From the NCBI RefSeq assembly GCF_021246445.1, contig NZ_JAJQXW010000001.1:806001-870000 (forward strand): 64,000 nt of DNA. Direction: 5' to 3'. Below the pieces are notes generated by a model. That model was given only the letters and a program-made list of their open reading frames with translations. It did not search any database and was not told where the DNA came from. The position numbers were made by a program, and so were the translations under genes. Below are positions 11,340 through 20,829 of the stretch, in pieces; the stretch's first letter is position 1, and the number at the start of each line of letters is the position of its first letter. The stretch is from Rhabdothermincola salaria (lineage in GTDB: Bacteria > Actinomycetota > Acidimicrobiia > Acidimicrobiales > Acidimicrobilacustridaceae).

Positions 11340-12142
11340 CAGCCGAGCAGCTCGTCGCGGATCGTGAGGGCATCGACGACGTTGCCGTCACGCCGGTCGG
11401 TGGGGTGGATCTGCGCCGTGCGCAGGTGCGCCCGGGCGGCCGCGGCCGCTCCCGGACCATCGCCCTCGGCGACGAGGCGACGGATCTCATCGTGCTCGGC
11501 GTGCACCCGTCGGCTCAGCTCATCCGACAACGGCACCCCGGCGGCGTCGAGCTCCGCCGACGTGGCGCGGGCGTGAGCCCCCCAGACGGACTCGAGGGTG
11601 CCCAGCAGGACGGTGGCGGTGTCGTTGCCGCACCGGTCCACCAGGGCCTCGTGCCATCGTCGAGCGGCGAGGCTGGCGCCGTGCCCGTCGCCCGCCTCGA
11701 TGCACGCCATCAAGTCGTCCTGGGCGGTGTCGAGGGCGGGCAGGACCTCGCGCCGCCGGTCGCGCCGCTCGGCGCAGAGCTCGGCGCAGAGCGGCTCGAA
11801 GTGCTCGACGGCGGCAGCCACGTCGCCGACGGTCACCCGCCGGGCCTCGAGGACCTGGCCGAGGGTGTAGGCCACGTTGGCGGGCCGGGGCACGCGCACG
11901 CTGGAGCCACCCACGTTGCCCCGTCGGACCTGGATGAGGCCCTCTGTCTCGAGGATCTGGCAGGCTTGGCGGGCGGTGGCCCGACTGACCCCGAACTCCT
12001 CGATCAGCTGGTCCAGCTTCGGGAGCTCACCACCATCGGGCACCGTCCCCGAGAGGATGCGCTCGCGGAGCTCGTCGGCGACGATCTCCGCCGGACTGCT
12101 GCGGCGGCGGAGTCGTGCACGTGGCGAGGGACGGGTTTCCAT
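11339..12142 (-). CDS. GntR/FadR family transcriptional regulator
   Basis: ELRERILSG..LP...LIEEFGVSRATARQACQILETEGLI; FCD-like WHEALV..CGN; -10-like CATCAT 6 nt before ATG. Confidence 0.87.
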   Translation of the reverse strand: METRPSPRARLRRRSSPAEIVADELRERILSGTVPDGGELPKLDQLIEEFGVSRATARQACQILETEGLIQVRRGNVGGSSVRVPRPANVAYTLGQVLEARRVTVGDVAAAVEHFEPLCAELCAERRDRRREVLPALDTAQDDLMACIEAGDGHGASLAARRWHEALVDRCGNDTATVLLGTLESVWGAHARATSAELDAAGVPLSDELSRRVHAEHDEIRRLVAEGDGPGAAAAARAHLRTAQIHPTDRRDGNVVDALTIRDELLG

Positions 12143-12192
12143 CCTCGCATGATGCCACCTTGAGGCCAGCGCAGGCGGTGCGCCGACGTGCG

Positions 12193-13137
12193 TCAGCCGG
12201 CGAGGAGCGCGTCGAGTGCGTCGAGATCGGCCCCGGTCGGCTCCCACAGGCCGGCCTCGGCGTTGGCCCGGACCTGGGCCGGCGTGGTGGCCCCGGCGAT
12301 GACCGACGCCACCGCGGGACGGCCGGCCAGGCCGCCCATCGCCACGTGGAGCAACGACACGCCGCGCTCTCGGGCATAGGCTTCCAACCCCTCGACGACG
12401 TCGAAGTTCTCGTCCGACAGGAGGTGGCTCATGCCCCACTTGGCGATCCGTCCGTCCTCCGGAGGGGCATCGCCGCGTCGGTACTTGCCGGTCAGCATCC
12501 CGCTGGCGAGGGGGAAGTAGGGCAGGACGCCGACGCCCGTGGCCTCGCAGGCCGGGAGCAGCTCGGCTTCGGCGTCGCGCTCGAGGAGGCTGTACTGGTT
12601 CTGGGCGCTGACGAAGCGCTCGAGACCACCGCGTCGGGCCGTCCAGTCGGCGTCCACGACCTGCCAGGCGGCGAAGTTCGAGCAGCCGATGTAGCGGACC
12701 TTGCCCTCGCGCACCAGCTCGGTGAGCGCCGAGAGGGTCTCCTCGACCGGGGTCTCGGGGTCCGGGTAGTGGATCTGGTAGAGATCGATCCAGTCGGTGC
12801 CGAGGCGGCGCAGCGAGCGCTCGACCGCGGCGCGGATGTAGCGGCGTGAGCCCCGCGCCCCCCAGTCGGGCCCGTTGGCGCCCTTCAGGTCGGTGCCGAA
12901 CTTGGTGGCCAGCACCACCTGGTCGCGTCGATCACCGAGGGCCTCGCGCAGGAACTCCTCGCTGTCGCCGTAGGAGTCCGAGGTGTCGAACAGGGTGATC
13001 CCGACGTCGAGGGCGGCGTCGACCACCGCCCGGGTGGCGTCGAGGTCGATGCGCATCCCGAAGTTGTTGCAGCCGAGGCCGACGGTGGAGACGGCCAGGC
13101 CGGAGTCGCCGAGACGGCGATGGGTCATGTCGCTCAT
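12193..13137 (-). CDS. Aldo/keto reductase
   Basis: GLGCNNFG, FDTSDSYG, ATKFG, SLRRLGTDWIDLYQIH, GKVRYIGCSN. Confidence 0.93.
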   Translation of the reverse strand: MSDMTHRRLGDSGLAVSTVGLGCNNFGMRIDLDATRAVVDAALDVGITLFDTSDSYGDSEEFLREALGDRRDQVVLATKFGTDLKGANGPDWGARGSRRYIRAAVERSLRRLGTDWIDLYQIHYPDPETPVEETLSALTELVREGKVRYIGCSNFAAWQVVDADWTARRGGLERFVSAQNQYSLLERDAEAELLPACEATGVGVLPYFPLASGMLTGKYRRGDAPPEDGRIAKWGMSHLLSDENFDVVEGLEAYARERGVSLLHVAMGGLAGRPAVASVIAGATTPAQVRANAEAGLWEPTGADLDALDALLAG

Positions 13138-13217
13138 GCACCCATCATGGCCGGTCCCGCGACCCGCCCTCTCGAGCTCCGCGACGATCGAGCTCCCGGG
13201 CCGGCGCCTCCCTCTCC

Positions 13218-13274
13218 CGCGTAGCTGTCAGGGAACGGCGCTGAGGGGTGGCGCACTTCTCCGACAGGTACGCG
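13218..13274. repeat. Imperfect palindromic REP-like element, family B copy 1
   Basis: cgcgta..ctgtc....gacag.tacgcg hairpin; 38/50 ungapped identity (13220-13269) to 42060-42109. Confidence 0.6.
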
Positions 13275-13327
13275 AGTGGGGCAGGGCTGCGGGGGCAAGA
13301 GCGCCGGGCTGCTCGGTGAGACCCGGG

Positions 13328-14215
13328 TCAGAGCCCGAGCGCCTCGCGGGTGCGGTCGAGCTCGGTCACGTCGACCGTGGTGGGCACCAGGAACAGCTCG
13401 TCGCAGCCGAGGTCGGCGCACGTGTCGACGGCCGCCCGCAGCGCCTCAGGGGTGTGGCAGGTCATGGCCTCCGCCATGGAGCGGGCCAGTCCCTCGTCGA
13501 AGATGCGCATGTAGTCGTAGCAGTAGCTCTGGAGCCGGTCGGCCGCGCCGTCGCCGAGGGCGTACCAGAGGCTGGCCGAGATGTGGGGCGCATCGGACCG
13601 GCCGGCATCGCGCCACGCGGCCCGGATGCGCTCGAAGGCGGCGCCCACGGTCTCGCGGTCGACGCCGAAGACCGTCGAGCCGTCATCGACACCGGATGCC
13701 CATCGCGCCGCCCGGGCCAACGCCTTGGGTCCCATGACCCCGGCGACCAGGGGCGGACCGCCAGGCTGTACCGGGGGCGGGCCCACCGGATCGGCGCCAT
13801 CGAAGGGCGGCTCCCCGGCCCAGATCGACCGCATGCGGGCCACCTGCTCGTCCATGCGGGACCAGCGCCGCTCGAAGGGGGCACCGATGGCGCGGTAGTC
13901 GTGCTCCCGGCCGCCGACGCCCACCCCGACCGTGAGGCGTCCCTCGCTCAACCGGTCGACCGACGCCAGGTGCTTGGCCGTCTCGACGGCGTCGTGGGCG
14001 GGGAGGACGACGATGGTGGTCCAGAGACGCACCCGTGCGGTGAGCGCGGCGGCCGCCGCCAGCTGCACCGTCCACGAGTGGCTCGTGTAGGTGATGCGCT
14101 CGGGCACCGCCAGGCTGGCCCACGGGCCCTCGTCGACGGACCGACACCAGTCGAGCACCTCCTGGCGACCGTGGGGGAGCATCGTCGGCAACGTCATCGA
14201 GAGGTCCATCGTCAT
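13328..14215 (-). CDS. LLM class (luciferase-like, possibly F420-dependent) oxidoreductase
   Basis: AAAALTARVRL, AKHLASVDRLSEGRLTVGVGVG, GPPPVQPGGPPL. Confidence 0.87.
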   Translation of the reverse strand: MTMDLSMTLPTMLPHGRQEVLDWCRSVDEGPWASLAVPERITYTSHSWTVQLAAAAALTARVRLWTTIVVLPAHDAVETAKHLASVDRLSEGRLTVGVGVGGREHDYRAIGAPFERRWSRMDEQVARMRSIWAGEPPFDGADPVGPPPVQPGGPPLVAGVMGPKALARAARWASGVDDGSTVFGVDRETVGAAFERIRAAWRDAGRSDAPHISASLWYALGDGAADRLQSYCYDYMRIFDEGLARSMAEAMTCHTPEALRAAVDTCADLGCDELFLVPTTVDVTELDRTREALGL

Positions 14216-15309
14216 GACGCCACGTCCAGCAGATCGGCGAAGCCGCTCGGGTCGTGGCGGCCGAGGGCCATGTGCTCGAAGATCCCGTAGCCGACCTGGC
14301 CGTCGAGGGTCGCTCGGGCGGCGTGGTCGATCATGCTCCAGGCCACGCGCTGGCCCACGGCCTCGTCGTCGAGGTCGTGGTCGACCCGCTGCCGCCAGGA
14401 GTCGCCCATCCAGCGACCGTGGTTCCAGCCGTCGTCGTCGGGGCCGTAGCCCAGCCCCAGGCTGAGGGGCATGGGTCCGAGGGGCTCGATCTCCAGGGTC
14501 AGCTCGCGGCCGCCGCGCTCCTTGAGCCCGATGCTGGCGTGCGTGGGGTAGCGGGTGCCCGGACGGTATGTGATCTGCGGCTCAGCCCATCCGAGCTGCT
14601 CGATGCGACCGTCGGGGTGGACGCGGATCGCCTCGTTGATGGTGCGGTAGCCGTCCGGCCCCTCCTCGAGCACGAACATGAGCGCGAAGTCGTCGAAGCG
14701 CAAGGGGATCCAGCACCACCACATGGCCGGTTCGTGGGGCTTGCCGGCTGGGGCGCCCTGTCCGACCGGTCGGATTCCCCAGGAGCGGTCACGGGCTCCC
14801 ACCCAGTCGACGGCGTCGCCGAGGAGCTCACGGCCGTCGACGATGAGCGAACCCGTCACCGTGGCGGTCTGCACGAACCGGAAGGCGTCGAGGATGACGT
14901 CGTCGCCCTGACGGCGGATGTGCCGGGGTTCGTCGACGGCGGGGAACGATCCCTCCCAGGTCAGGTCGGCGGTGATGCCGTCGACGTCGTCGTCGCAGGT
15001 GAAGCGCACGCGCTGGAGCCCCTCGACCACCTCGATGCGCATGGGTCCGACCTCCTGGCGCATGCGGTCGTCACCCAGCGCACCCGAGGTCCGCAGCGAG
15101 GACAGGTGTCGGCCCTCACGCACCGCCACGTAGGCGTCGATCACACCGACGTGGGGGTACACGCCGAGCCCGACCGCGACCTGCCCTTCGCCGTCGCGGG
15201 AGAGGGCGTGCATGATGCACCGGTCATAGGTGTTGCGGTCGCTCGTGACGAAGTACTTCATCGTCTGAGGGCCCTGGTGGATGGGGAACTCGTCGAGCGG
15301 GACGGGCAC
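14212..15309 (-). CDS. Conserved hypothetical protein resembling mycobacterial Rv3169
   Basis: PLDEFPIHQ..SDRNTYDR and RDRSWGIRPVG motifs recalled for that family; AGGAGG RBS. Confidence 0.7.
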   Translation of the reverse strand: MPVPLDEFPIHQGPQTMKYFVTSDRNTYDRCIMHALSRDGEGQVAVGLGVYPHVGVIDAYVAVREGRHLSSLRTSGALGDDRMRQEVGPMRIEVVEGLQRVRFTCDDDVDGITADLTWEGSFPAVDEPRHIRRQGDDVILDAFRFVQTATVTGSLIVDGRELLGDAVDWVGARDRSWGIRPVGQGAPAGKPHEPAMWWCWIPLRFDDFALMFVLEEGPDGYRTINEAIRVHPDGRIEQLGWAEPQITYRPGTRYPTHASIGLKERGGRELTLEIEPLGPMPLSLGLGYGPDDDGWNHGRWMGDSWRQRVDHDLDDEAVGQRVAWSMIDHAARATLDGQVGYGIFEHMALGRHDPSGFADLLDVAS

Positions 15310-15356
15310 GGTGACCTCCTGAGACGGGGGGAGCGCGGCGAACGGGTTCGAACCCT

Positions 15357-15386
15357 ATGTGGCGGTGAGGGCTCTCGCCGCCACAT
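15357..15386. promoter_or_regulatory. 13-bp-stem palindrome in the divergent promoter region (candidate operator or REP remnant)
   Basis: atgtggcggtgag-ggct-ctcgccgccacat, next to a minus-strand TAGGGT -10-like box. Confidence 0.4.
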
Positions 15387-15650
15387 GTCACAATGGACGA
15401 GCGACGCCTGGGGGGCGGCGCAGGGGGAGGGCCAGACAGCCGTGCCGACGACCGTCGACGAGAACCAGTCCGCCCGCTCTGCCGACGGCCGGAGGCGGGT
15501 CCCCATCGAGGCGATGCCGCACCGCCGGGGCTCGATCGGGCCCTCCTGCCCTGCGGCCCCCACCCGCTCGAACATCGAGGAAACCATCCGCAGCAGCCCC
15601 CTACGCCTCGCCTGAGCGAGGTCGATCCCTCCATCGGGGACGGAGCCACC

Positions 15651-16802
15651 ATGACCCTGTTGACCATCTCCGCCGACTCCCACATCACCGAGCCCGGCGA
15701 CTGCTACGTCGACCGCATCGACCCCCGGTTCCGGGATCGTGCGCCGGTGGCCGTCACCGACGAGCGCATGGGAGCGGTGATGATCATCGACAACGGGGCG
15801 AGCATGGTGCCCTACGGGATGGTCGCCGCGGCCGGTCGCCCCTGGGACCGCATCGGTCCGTTCGAGTACGTGGGCTGGGACGAACTGCACCCGGGAGGCT
15901 GGGATCCCGAGGCCCGCCTCGTCGAGCAGGACCGCGACGGCGTGTCCGCCGAGATCCTGTACCCGAGCGTCGGGATGCTGCTCTCCAACCTGCCCGACGC
16001 CGACTACAAGAAGGCCTGCTTCGACGCCTACAACCAGTGGATCGCCGAGTTCCAGGCCACGGCCCCGGATCGTCTGGTCGGCGTCGGCCAGACCGCCTTG
16101 CGCAGCGTCGACGAGGGGATCGACGACCTGCGCCGCATCGCCGACCTCGGGCTGCGTGGGGTGATGATGCCCGGCGTCCCGGCGTGCGTCGACGAGGGCG
16201 ACTACGACGACCCCCGCTGGGACCCGTTCTGGCAGGCCGCGGTGGATCTGGGCCTCCCCCTGTCCTTCCACATCCTCACCGCCGGTCGCAACCTCGGCGA
16301 CGCCAGCTACCGCGGGCCGAAGATGAACAGCTTCCTCGGCATCCTGCGGGCCAACCAGGACATCGTCGGCACCATGGTCTTCGGCGGAGTGTTCGACCGC
16401 GTGCCGGCGCTGCAGGTCGTCTGCGTGGAGGCCGATGCCGGTTGGGTCCCGCACTGGGCCTACCGCGCCGACCACGCCTTCGAACGCCATCGCAACTGGC
16501 TCACGGCACCGCTGGAGCGGCGACCCAGCGAGTACCTCTTCGAGCACGTCTCGTTCACGTTCCAGGACGACTGGACGGCCTTTCGGGTCGTCGACCTGGT
16601 CAACCACGAGAAGCTGCTGTGGGCCAACGACCACCCGCACAGCGACGCCACCTGGCCCAACAGCCAGGCCCTGCTCGCCGAGCACACCGCCGGGCTCGAC
16701 CCGGCGGTCCGCGACGACATCGTGTGGCGCAACTGCGCCCGACTCTACGGATTGGACGCGGGCCGCTCGAGCGAGCGCCCGCAGGAGGAGGACACCCCAT
16801 GA
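15651..16802 (+). CDS. Amidohydrolase (Amidohydro_2 family)
   Basis: [18 protein letters not shown]...[26 protein letters not shown]. Confidence 0.9.
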   Translation: MTLLTISADSHITEPGDCYVDRIDPRFRDRAPVAVTDERMGAVMIIDNGASMVPYGMVAAAGRPWDRIGPFEYVGWDELHPGGWDPEARLVEQDRDGVSAEILYPSVGMLLSNLPDADYKKACFDAYNQWIAEFQATAPDRLVGVGQTALRSVDEGIDDLRRIADLGLRGVMMPGVPACVDEGDYDDPRWDPFWQAAVDLGLPLSFHILTAGRNLGDASYRGPKMNSFLGILRANQDIVGTMVFGGVFDRVPALQVVCVEADAGWVPHWAYRADHAFERHRNWLTAPLERRPSEYLFEHVSFTFQDDWTAFRVVDLVNHEKLLWANDHPHSDATWPNSQALLAEHTAGLDPAVRDDIVWRNCARLYGLDAGRSSERPQEEDTP

Positions 16803-18478
16803 CCATCGATCTCGTGATCCGGGGAGGGAACGTCGTCGACGGCACCGGCGGGCCGGGGCGGCGCGCCGACGTCGCCGTGACCGACGGCCGCATCGTCGCC
16901 GTCGGGCCGGACCTCGCCGCCGACGGCGCCGAGGTCGTCGACGCCACCGGGCTGGTCGTGGCGCCCGGTTTCATCGACATCCACACGCACTACGACGCCC
17001 AGGTGTTCTGGGATCCGGCGCTCACCCCGTCGTGCTTCCACGGCGTGACGACGGTGGTGGCCGGCAACTGCGGCTTCTCCCTCGCGCCCACCCGCCCCGA
17101 GCACCGGCGCCTGGTGGCCCGCACCCTCGAGAACGTCGAGGACATGAACGTCGACACCCTCGAGGCGGGCGTCCCCTGGGACTTCTCCACCTTCCCCGAG
17201 TACCTGACGGCCGTCGAGCGGCGGGGGATCGGCCTCAACTACGCCGCCTACGTGGGGCACACCCCGCTGCGGCTGTTCGTGATGGGCGACGACGCCTACG
17301 AGCGGGCCGCCACCGACGAGGAGGTGGCGGCCATGCAGGAGGTCCTGCGCGAGGCGTTGCGCGCCGGCGCCATCGGGTTGGCGACCAGCTTCGCGGTGAC
17401 CCATCGCGGCGTGGATGGCAAGCCAGTGCCGTCGCGTCTCGCCACCCGCGAGGAGTTCGAGGCCCTGCTCGACGTCATGGCCGAGGAGCGCCGCGGTGCC
17501 GTCGCCATCGCCGTCGGCGATCCCTGCCCCATCCCCGACATGTACGACCTGCAGCCCAAGGTCGGGGTGCCGTTCACCTACACGGCCCTGCTCACCATGC
17601 CCACGGGCAGCCACGACGCGCTCCAGCAGCTCAACCGCGAGGGCTGGTCGAGGGGGGCAGAGGTCTGGCCACAGGTGTCGCCGCGTCCGCTGGCCTTCGC
17701 CATGACCATGGTGGAGCCCTTCACCCTCAACGTGAACCCCGCCTTCGCCGATCTCATGGGTCGGGCACTCGTGGACCGCCAGCGCGCCTACGCCGACCCG
17801 TCGTGGCGGGCCGAGGCCCGAGCGGCATGGGCGGGGGCCACGACGTTCGTGCCCCGGTGGGAGACCTTCGAGATCGCCGAGAGCGAGGCCCGGCCCGATG
17901 CCGTGGGACGGCGGCTCACGGACCTGGCCGACGAGCTCGGTTCGGACCCCTTCGACCTCCTGCTCGACATGGCCCTCGCCGAACCCGACCTCGAGCTCCG
18001 GGTGCGCTGCATCCTGGCCAACGACGACACCGAGGCCGTGGCCAGGCTGCTGGCCGACGAGCACTGCACCCTCGGCCTCTCCGACGCCGGCGCCCATGTC
18101 GGCCAGCTCTGCGACGCCCCGCAGGCCACCGACTTCCTGGGCAACTGGGTGCGCGACCGGCAGCTCATGCCCCTCGAGCAGGCGATCCACAAGCTCACCC
18201 AGGTCCAGGCCGACCTCTACGGGATCCCGGACAGGGGCGTGCTCGCCGAGGGCATGTGGGCCGACGTGGTGGTGTTCGACCCGGCCACGGTGGATCCGGG
18301 GCCCGTCCGTCGGGTCCGCGACTTCCCGGCCGACGCCGACCGCCTCACCGCCGACCAGCCGGTCGGCATCCACCACGTCGTGGTCAACGGCACCCCCATC
18401 GTCCGCGACGGCCGACGGGTCGACGGCGACCCCCTCCCTGGCCAGCTCGTGGCGTCGGTGCCCCGGGCCCCTCGCTGA
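16799..18478 (+). CDS. N-acyl-D-amino-acid deacylase-like amidohydrolase
   Basis: [44 protein letters not shown] and ATGA overlap. Confidence 0.9.
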   Translation: MTIDLVIRGGNVVDGTGGPGRRADVAVTDGRIVAVGPDLAADGAEVVDATGLVVAPGFIDIHTHYDAQVFWDPALTPSCFHGVTTVVAGNCGFSLAPTRPEHRRLVARTLENVEDMNVDTLEAGVPWDFSTFPEYLTAVERRGIGLNYAAYVGHTPLRLFVMGDDAYERAATDEEVAAMQEVLREALRAGAIGLATSFAVTHRGVDGKPVPSRLATREEFEALLDVMAEERRGAVAIAVGDPCPIPDMYDLQPKVGVPFTYTALLTMPTGSHDALQQLNREGWSRGAEVWPQVSPRPLAFAMTMVEPFTLNVNPAFADLMGRALVDRQRAYADPSWRAEARAAWAGATTFVPRWETFEIAESEARPDAVGRRLTDLADELGSDPFDLLLDMALAEPDLELRVRCILANDDTEAVARLLADEHCTLGLSDAGAHVGQLCDAPQATDFLGNWVRDRQLMPLEQAIHKLTQVQADLYGIPDRGVLAEGMWADVVVFDPATVDPGPVRRVRDFPADADRLTADQPVGIHHVVVNGTPIVRDGRRVDGDPLPGQLVASVPRAPR

Positions 18479-18492
18479 GGGGCGGTTTCGCC

Positions 18493-19563
18493 GTGATCCC
18501 CGAGGTGGAGGATCTCGACGCGACCAGCGTCGAGACGCTTCTTCGCGGGCGCCACCCCGGGGTCGAGGTCCACGAGGTGGCGGTCATCGACGTCGCCGAG
18601 CTCACCAACACCCACGTCCGACTGCAGGTGGACTACGCCTCGCCCGCCGGCGCTCCCGAGCACCTCTTCGTGAAGCTCCCCCCTCGGGAACCGGAGCGGC
18701 GGCGGCACATCGCGGCGACGGGCATGGGCCCCAAGGAGGTGCGCTTCTACGACGAGCTGGCGTCCCGCACACCGCTGAGGACCCCGGAGCTGCACGGCGC
18801 GGCCCTCGACGAGGAGAGCGGCGACTTCGTGCTCGTGCTCGAGGACCTCGTCGCGTCCGATTGCACGATCCCCGACGGCACCCGCGGGGTGACACCCGAC
18901 GCCGCCGCCCGAGCGCTCGAGGAGCTCGCCCGCTTCCACGCCCACCACCTCGACCCGAGGGTCCGGGCCGTCGAGGCCGCGTGGGTCGCACCGGCCGGTC
19001 CCGGGAGCGACTACGCGATCGGCATGCTCCGCCACGGCATCGAGCACCATCGCGACCGCCTCGACGACACCTTCGTCGCCGTGGCCGAGCTCTACTGCGC
19101 CCACCGCCTCGAGATGCAGGCCCTCTGGCACCCCCAGCCGTGGACGGTGGTGCACGGCGACCCTCACCTCGGCAACGTGTTCGACGACCACGGTCGCATC
19201 GGCTTCCTCGACTGGGGCATCGTCATGCGCAGCACCTCGCTGCGCGACGTCAGCTACTTCCTCACCATGGCGATGGACCCCGAGGACCGGCGCCGTCACG
19301 AAGAGACGCTGCTGCGCCTCTACCTGGCCGCGTTCGCCGCCGAGGGTGGCCCGGAGACGTCGTTCGACGAGGCGTGGTCGGCCCACCGCCTCCAGGCGGC
19401 CTACACCGTGCCCGCCAGCTGCCAGGTCGTCACCTTCCCCGACGACGCCACCCCCCGCCGCCGGTCCTTCGCCGAGGCCTTCCTCGCCCGGGCCACCGCG
19501 GCCGTCGACGACCTCGACGCGCTGGGGGCGCTCCACGCCGCCGGCCTCGGAAGCCGCCGGTGA
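18493..19563 (+). CDS. APH/ecdysteroid-kinase-like phosphotransferase
   Basis: LFVKLP, EVRFY, LVLEDL, HGDPHLGN, LDWG. Confidence 0.85.
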   Translation: MIPEVEDLDATSVETLLRGRHPGVEVHEVAVIDVAELTNTHVRLQVDYASPAGAPEHLFVKLPPREPERRRHIAATGMGPKEVRFYDELASRTPLRTPELHGAALDEESGDFVLVLEDLVASDCTIPDGTRGVTPDAAARALEELARFHAHHLDPRVRAVEAAWVAPAGPGSDYAIGMLRHGIEHHRDRLDDTFVAVAELYCAHRLEMQALWHPQPWTVVHGDPHLGNVFDDHGRIGFLDWGIVMRSTSLRDVSYFLTMAMDPEDRRRHEETLLRLYLAAFAAEGGPETSFDEAWSAHRLQAAYTVPASCQVVTFPDDATPRRRSFAEAFLARATAAVDDLDALGALHAAGLGSRR

Positions 19564-19766
19564 TCGGACCCGCGGCCGCCGTCTGTGGCAGCATCGAAGG
19601 CACACGTCCAGGTCCGACGCCCGGGGGAAGGGGTCCCCACCGTGCCCGCCTCATGGGCAGCCAGCGGCTGCCGGTGTGCGCCCGGTGGCACCGACACCCC
19701 GTGGGCCACGGACCCGTCCCGTTCGCTCCCGTCTCCACCACCGCAGCACCGTCCCGAGGAGGACCC

Positions 19767-20228
19767 ATGGCCATCTCCGAGATCTCCGCTCCCGAAGCCG
19801 TCCACATCGGCACCGACGACCTCCCGTTCGTCGAGATCGGCAACGGCAACAAGCTCCGCGTCCTGCAGGTGAAGGAGAAGGAGGGGCTCTGGATCATCGA
19901 GAACATCTTCCAGGCCGGGTTCTCCGTGCAGACCCACCGCCACACGGGGCCGGTGTGGGGCTACACCCAGTCCGGCGGGTGGAAGTACAAGGAGTACGAC
20001 TACGTCAACCGCGCCGGGTCGTTCCTCTACGAACCCGCCGGTTCCGTGCACACGCTGGAGTGCATCGAGGACGAGACGCGCGTGTGGTTCCACATGTACG
20101 GCGTGAACCTGAACCTCGACGACGAGGGCAACGTGGACTCCGTCGCCGACGGGGCCGGCACCCTGGCCTTCTACCTGGCCATGTGCGAACAGCAGGGCCT
20201 CGGCACCCCACCCGTCATCACCGACTGA
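19767..20228 (+). CDS. Cupin, 2,4'-dihydroxyacetophenone dioxygenase family
   Basis: HRHTGPV..SGGWKYKEY..AGSFLYEPAGSVHTL; GAGGAGG RBS. Confidence 0.8.
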   Translation: MAISEISAPEAVHIGTDDLPFVEIGNGNKLRVLQVKEKEGLWIIENIFQAGFSVQTHRHTGPVWGYTQSGGWKYKEYDYVNRAGSFLYEPAGSVHTLECIEDETRVWFHMYGVNLNLDDEGNVDSVADGAGTLAFYLAMCEQQGLGTPPVITD

Positions 20229-20239
20229 GGACCGCGACA

Positions 20240-20338
20240 TCTTGCTTCGGTCGGCAAGCCTCCCTTCGCCGCCTTCGGCGAAGCGCGTGGCCTGTCTGAG
20301 GCTCCGTCGCTGCGCTCCTGCGCCTGTTGCAAGTCGGC
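20240..20338. repeat. 99-bp direct repeat, copy 1
   Basis: 93/99 identical to 20565-20663; internal hairpin cttcgcc..ggcgaag. Confidence 0.92.
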
Positions 20339-20564
20339 ACAGACCCGGCGTCTCTCTTCGGGGGCGAGTGGGTTCCGGGGGGTGGCCCGCACCACTGGTT
20401 CTGACGCGCGCACGGGAGCGAGTGCGGCCCGGCGGCCGTCGCCTGCGATCGACGAAGGGTTCGTCGACCCACGCCCGAGGTCGGCGAAGCCGCCGCTGCG
20501 AGCGACCGAGCACGTCAGGTTCTGGTGCGGGACAGGACCCGCCGGGACCCCGAGGGACGTGATG

Positions 20565-20663
20565 TCTTGCTCCGGTCGGCAAGCCTCCCTTCGCCGCCTT
20601 CGGCGAAGCGCGTGGCCGGTCTGAGGCTCCGTCGCTGCGCTCCTCCGCCTGTCGGGAGTCGGC
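20565..20663. repeat. 99-bp direct repeat, copy 2
   Basis: 93/99 identical to 20240-20338. Confidence 0.92.
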
Positions 20664-20673
20664 TGATGCTGGA

Positions 20674-20717
20674 GGTCACGTGGCGGCGGGCAAGCGCAGC
20701 GTCGCCGCCACACCGCG
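20674..20717. repeat. 44-bp palindromic REP-like element, family A
   Basis: Reverse complement is 41/44 identical to 24318-24361; gtggcggcg..cgccgccac stem. Confidence 0.85.
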
Positions 20718-20751
20718 TCCCGACGAGCTCGCGAGGAGGGCGCCATAGGCA

Positions 20752-20780
20752 TTGACTGGGTCAAGACTGAGTCGTAGCAT
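20752..20780 (+). promoter_or_regulatory. Sigma70-like promoter with a palindrome overlapping the -35
   Basis: TTGACT-17 nt-TAGCAT; TTGAC-tgg-GTCAA inverted repeat at 20752-20764. Confidence 0.6.
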
Positions 20781-20829
20781 CACGTCACGGGCCACACCTC
20801 GGTGGCACCGACGACCCACGGGAGCATCG

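Noticed and set aside
15359..19563. Apparent ~1000-aa fusion proteins in the ORF track (also 117-1772, 5440-8049, 17898-20228)
   Set aside because: The N-terminal extensions are off-frame read-through of neighbouring genes; true starts have RBSs or stop-start overlaps.
18493..19563. Aminoglycoside resistance gene
   Set aside because: APH-like fold only; catabolic context and kinase-like motifs give no evidence of resistance.
20240..20663. Possible CRISPR array
   Set aside because: Only two 99-bp repeats with a 226-nt spacer, and no cas genes.
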